This document shows, one piece after another, positions 46,907 to 49,967 of a DNA stretch of 49,967 nucleotides. A model generated the notes under the pieces. The model did not search any database and was not told the DNA's origin. It saw only the letters and a list, made by a program, of their open reading frames with translations. The DNA lies in the IMG/VR virus record IMGVR_UViG_3300026123_000400, positions 1 to 49,967 of that record, one strand, 5' to 3'. Numbering within the stretch: the stretch's first letter is position 1; every line of letters starts with the position of its first letter. The stretch comes from a virus (taxonomy: Duplodnaviria; Caudoviricetes). The translations under genes were made by a program, and so were the position numbers.

Positions 46907-48247
46907 ATGGCATACGAACACGACAACGGAGATAGAATCCTACAAAACTTACACAACACAATGAAATACGATGCAGATGGTGAACCTGTACTACGTGTAA
47001 GTATTGAAAATATAGAGTCAAATGCAGGCACTTTAGAGGTCACAGGTGGTAGTTCAATTAACTTGATTACGCAAGGACCGCCTAGTACACCACTAAAAAC
47101 TGTATGGGGGACGCCTAAATACGCACAAGACTACAGTATCTACAGTGGTATTTGGACATATAACATCCCTATTCGTAAATGGTTAACATACATTGACGGA
47201 TCAGAACTACTTGATCCTAACGATGCTCCCGCCCGAGCATATTCCAATCAAGGCGCATTGTTTATTAAGAGCGGAACAACAATTGGAAATCGTACTCGTG
47301 TATCCTCTCGCCGTCACGCTCGTTACCAAGCAAACCGCGGTATGTACTACTCTTCTTCTGTAGGTCTTCCCGATCCCACTGCAACTGGTATTAGAATGTG
47401 GGGACTATTCAACCCGGTACCCGACACTGATGGTTTTTATTTTAAACTAGAAGATGGTGTACTATACGCATGTCAGGCGTATGCAGGGATAGAACGTGCC
47501 GAAGAAATCACTATCCCGTTTGATATTGATTTGAGTCTTGGTAACATCTATGATATTCAAGCAATGTGGCGTGGTGTCGGTAACATTCACTTCTTTATTG
47601 GTAATCCAGAGACAGGTAAAATTGAACATGTTCACACTCTTTACAACTTGAACATGCTAGACCAACGTGTATCAGTTCGCACTCCTGCACTGCCATTGGC
47701 ACAAGCGTCTGAAAATAAAGATGGAACGGAAGTTACTATGTGGGTAGGTTGTGTTGACGTATCAGCAGAAGGCGGTCGTGATATTCAGGAACAATATGCA
47801 TCTGCGGTTATAACTGACTATTTGACTGCTTCACAGGCAGTAGTTAGTGCAATTCGTATTCCAGAATCAATAAACGGCATACACAATACTCGTGACGTAG
47901 ACTTATCTCGTGTTACAGTAGCAACAGACAAACGCTGTGTAGTCAATATATGGATTACACGCGATCCAACTTCTATCACAACAACAAACGGAGATGCTGA
48001 CTGGACACGAACAGGGTTAGGATCGTTTGTAGAATCCGTTGACATTGCTCAAATAACTGCATATGACAAAACAAAAATGAATCTACTATCAACATTCCCT
48101 GTATCTGCGAACAGTTCAAAAGAACTTATTTCGCCACAGCAGAATCTAATTCAATACTTTTTGATTCACGGAGATTACTTGATAGTTGAAACTACAGGTG
48201 CTAACCCAACTGTTGACTGTATCATTGAATGGGGTGAGGAGGTATAA
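46907..48247 (+). CDS. putative structural protein (lectin-like beta fold)
   Basis: SD AAGGAG; RYQ..G, DGFYF, W.GVG motifs. Confidence 0.7.
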   Translation: MAYEHDNGDRILQNLHNTMKYDADGEPVLRVSIENIESNAGTLEVTGGSSINLITQGPPSTPLKTVWGTPKYAQDYSIYSGIWTYNIPIRKWLTYIDGSELLDPNDAPARAYSNQGALFIKSGTTIGNRTRVSSRRHARYQANRGMYYSSSVGLPDPTATGIRMWGLFNPVPDTDGFYFKLEDGVLYACQAYAGIERAEEITIPFDIDLSLGNIYDIQAMWRGVGNIHFFIGNPETGKIEHVHTLYNLNMLDQRVSVRTPALPLAQASENKDGTEVTMWVGCVDVSAEGGRDIQEQYASAVITDYLTASQAVVSAIRIPESINGIHNTRDVDLSRVTVATDKRCVVNIWITRDPTSITTTNGDADWTRTGLGSFVESVDIAQITAYDKTKMNLLSTFPVSANSSKELISPQQNLIQYFLIHGDYLIVETTGANPTVDCIIEWGEEV

Positions 48248-49967
48248 TGAGAATTAGTAAACTTTATGAGTATAGTGACGAAGACTACTTGACTCAAGAT
48301 GATTTAAACAGACTTGACAAATTCGCAGACCGCGAGTTTGCCGAGTTTGGTATTGATGTTCAGTTTACACGACACTTTTTAGACCGTGTTAATGATGAAA
48401 GGAATCGCCGTCAAATTACGGCAGCAGAACTTGAAGAACTATTCCAAAAAGAGGCAGACAATTGGGGTAAACCCATTGCGCAAATGGGTCCCGGACAAGA
48501 TGGCGTGATGAAAGACCGCAGTTCTAAGATTAACTTACCGTTCGCTCTTAACTGGGACGGTAAGAAACTTAAACTAGTAGCAAAAACAGTAATGCGCAAG
48601 CCTAACTTTAAAACTACTAGTAAAGAATTCCCAGTAGAATCGGTAGAAAATTCATTAGATGCTATTACGCCAACAATAGATGAACTTATAGACAAGTACG
48701 AAGTAAGTATTTCAATTCTTAATCGCCAAATCAAAAAAGGCATTGATGTAGAAATGGAACACACTTCTGATCCTAAAGTTGCACTAGAAATTGCACTAGA
48801 CCACATCAATGAAGACTTGTTTTATTATGAAAAACTTGCTAAAGTAGAAGAGGGGAGTGATCCTTTTGCGGCAAGTAGATCACAAGCCGTTAATCGTGCT
48901 AGAAGACTTGACGTTGAACGCCAAGCAATTATCCTTGACCGTATCGGCAAAGCAAAGACTATGGATGATATGGAAAAGATACATACAGAACTCGACAACA
49001 TTAGAGAAGACGTTGCGGGTCCTGTTAAAATGTTGAAGAAAGGTGCTGCCGCAATGTTAGGCGGTAAAAACTACAAAATAGCACTAGACATGCTTCACAA
49101 AGCAGTATCAAAGGTAAAGTCTCGCGGCAAACCAAGACATTCAATCGAATATTATGCTGATATGATTGCTAGACAATTTGCAGAGGGTCACATAAACCGC
49201 AATAAACTTGTCAATCTGTATGTTAAAAAATACGGCGAGATCACAGAAGACAAAGATGCATCAGTGCCGAAAACTCAAACTGACATAGGATTCGATCCGA
49301 AAACCATAGAGGCATTGTCGTATCTACGTGTTAAGTACCCACAAGCAGAAAACGTTATTGCTGCCCTTATCGCAGATATAGAAGATTCACAAAGTATCAG
49401 CCTTAAGAATGATATCAAACATGATATTGACATAAAATCACTGGACAAAAAAGTTGGCGACATTGAAAAGAAAATAAAAAGTTTCAAAGGCGAAAGCAAA
49501 TCTAATGTAGGCAAAGTCGTTAATGAGATTTCACCCGACAAACTTAAAAAAGCGGCTGCCGCTGCTGATGCTGACTGGAACAATGAATTTGAGAAAGGTG
49601 TAAGCAATATAGGCAAAGATGCAAGCGAAATTGAAGCAAGTCGTAAAAAGATGGATAAACGCCGCAAACAAGGTCTGAAGTTCCGTCATAAGGCAGCCGA
49701 CAAAGAGTTTGCCAAGAAGGAAGTAACAGAAGGTGTTGACGATAAAGTACCAGCACCAGTACAAAAGTTACTCAGTGATTTGTTCTTTATTCATTGGCAA
49801 TCAAATGGTCGTGTAGAAGACCAAGGTCACTTCATTGTATTCAAAATGGGCGGCGCGGGTAGCGCGGCTGATGTATTTGATAGAGCACAAGAACTTGGTT
49901 ATGAAACAAAAGATTCTAGCATTGTAGTTGACGGCATGGAAATAAGTGTCAGAGATGGCATGAGTAA
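48247..49967 (+). CDS. large multi-module late protein, truncated by the window end
   Basis: Not in the ORF track because it has no stop; SD GGAGG; MRISKLYE..FTRHFLDRVND..; GIDVEMEHT..IALDH..E..YYEKL (DUF5661-like). Confidence 0.85.
   Translation, partial: MRISKLYEYSDEDYLTQDDLNRLDKFADREFAEFGIDVQFTRHFLDRVNDERNRRQITAAELEELFQKEADNWGKPIAQMGPGQDGVMKDRSSKINLPFALNWDGKKLKLVAKTVMRKPNFKTTSKEFPVESVENSLDAITPTIDELIDKYEVSISILNRQIKKGIDVEMEHTSDPKVALEIALDHINEDLFYYEKLAKVEEGSDPFAASRSQAVNRARRLDVERQAIILDRIGKAKTMDDMEKIHTELDNIREDVAGPVKMLKKGAAAMLGGKNYKIALDMLHKAVSKVKSRGKPRHSIEYYADMIARQFAEGHINRNKLVNLYVKKYGEITEDKDASVPKTQTDIGFDPKTIEALSYLRVKYPQAENVIAALIADIEDSQSISLKNDIKHDIDIKSLDKKVGDIEKKIKSFKGESKSNVGKVVNEISPDKLKKAAAAADADWNNEFEKGVSNIGKDASEIEASRKKMDKRRKQGLKFRHKAADKEFAKKEVTEGVDDKVPAPVQKLLSDLFFIHWQSNGRVEDQGHFIVFKMGGAGSAADVFDRAQELGYETKDSSIVVDGMEISVRDGMS

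Noticed and set aside
1-49967. Bacterial chromosome or prophage origin, or an alternative genetic code
   Set aside because: The host-like genes are isolated from their operons and sit among phage promoters and structural genes. TAA, TAG and TGA all end conserved genes at the expected positions.

Overview
This is an AT-rich, gene-dense segment of a large lytic (jumbo or T4-like) phage, with almost all genes on the + strand. It has sigma70-type early promoters and (T)ATAAATA late promoters. The host is probably a gammaproteobacterium, inferred from the SdhB, IscU and LapA-type genes. Gene content covers Fe-S and redox auxiliary genes (iscU, sdhB, glutaredoxin, peroxiredoxin, DoxX, Fpr, HscB-like), a LapA-like retention-module repeat protein, a GH19 endolysin and spanins, a DnaE fragment, clamp loader, GroES, DnaJ-domain, ClpA, IF-1, PhoH, and a block of virion/fibre proteins. 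The most striking structure is four free-standing endonuclease insertions, each flanked by a duplicate of the part it disrupted: the iscU 5' end, the peroxiredoxin 3' end, an early promoter, and the HAD phosphatase 3' end. Two otherwise dissimilar GIY-YIG-type endonucleases share a ~110-nt module made of an antisense promoter inside their first codons and a two-hairpin RNA. All protein calls are by motif recognition only; no database searches were run.
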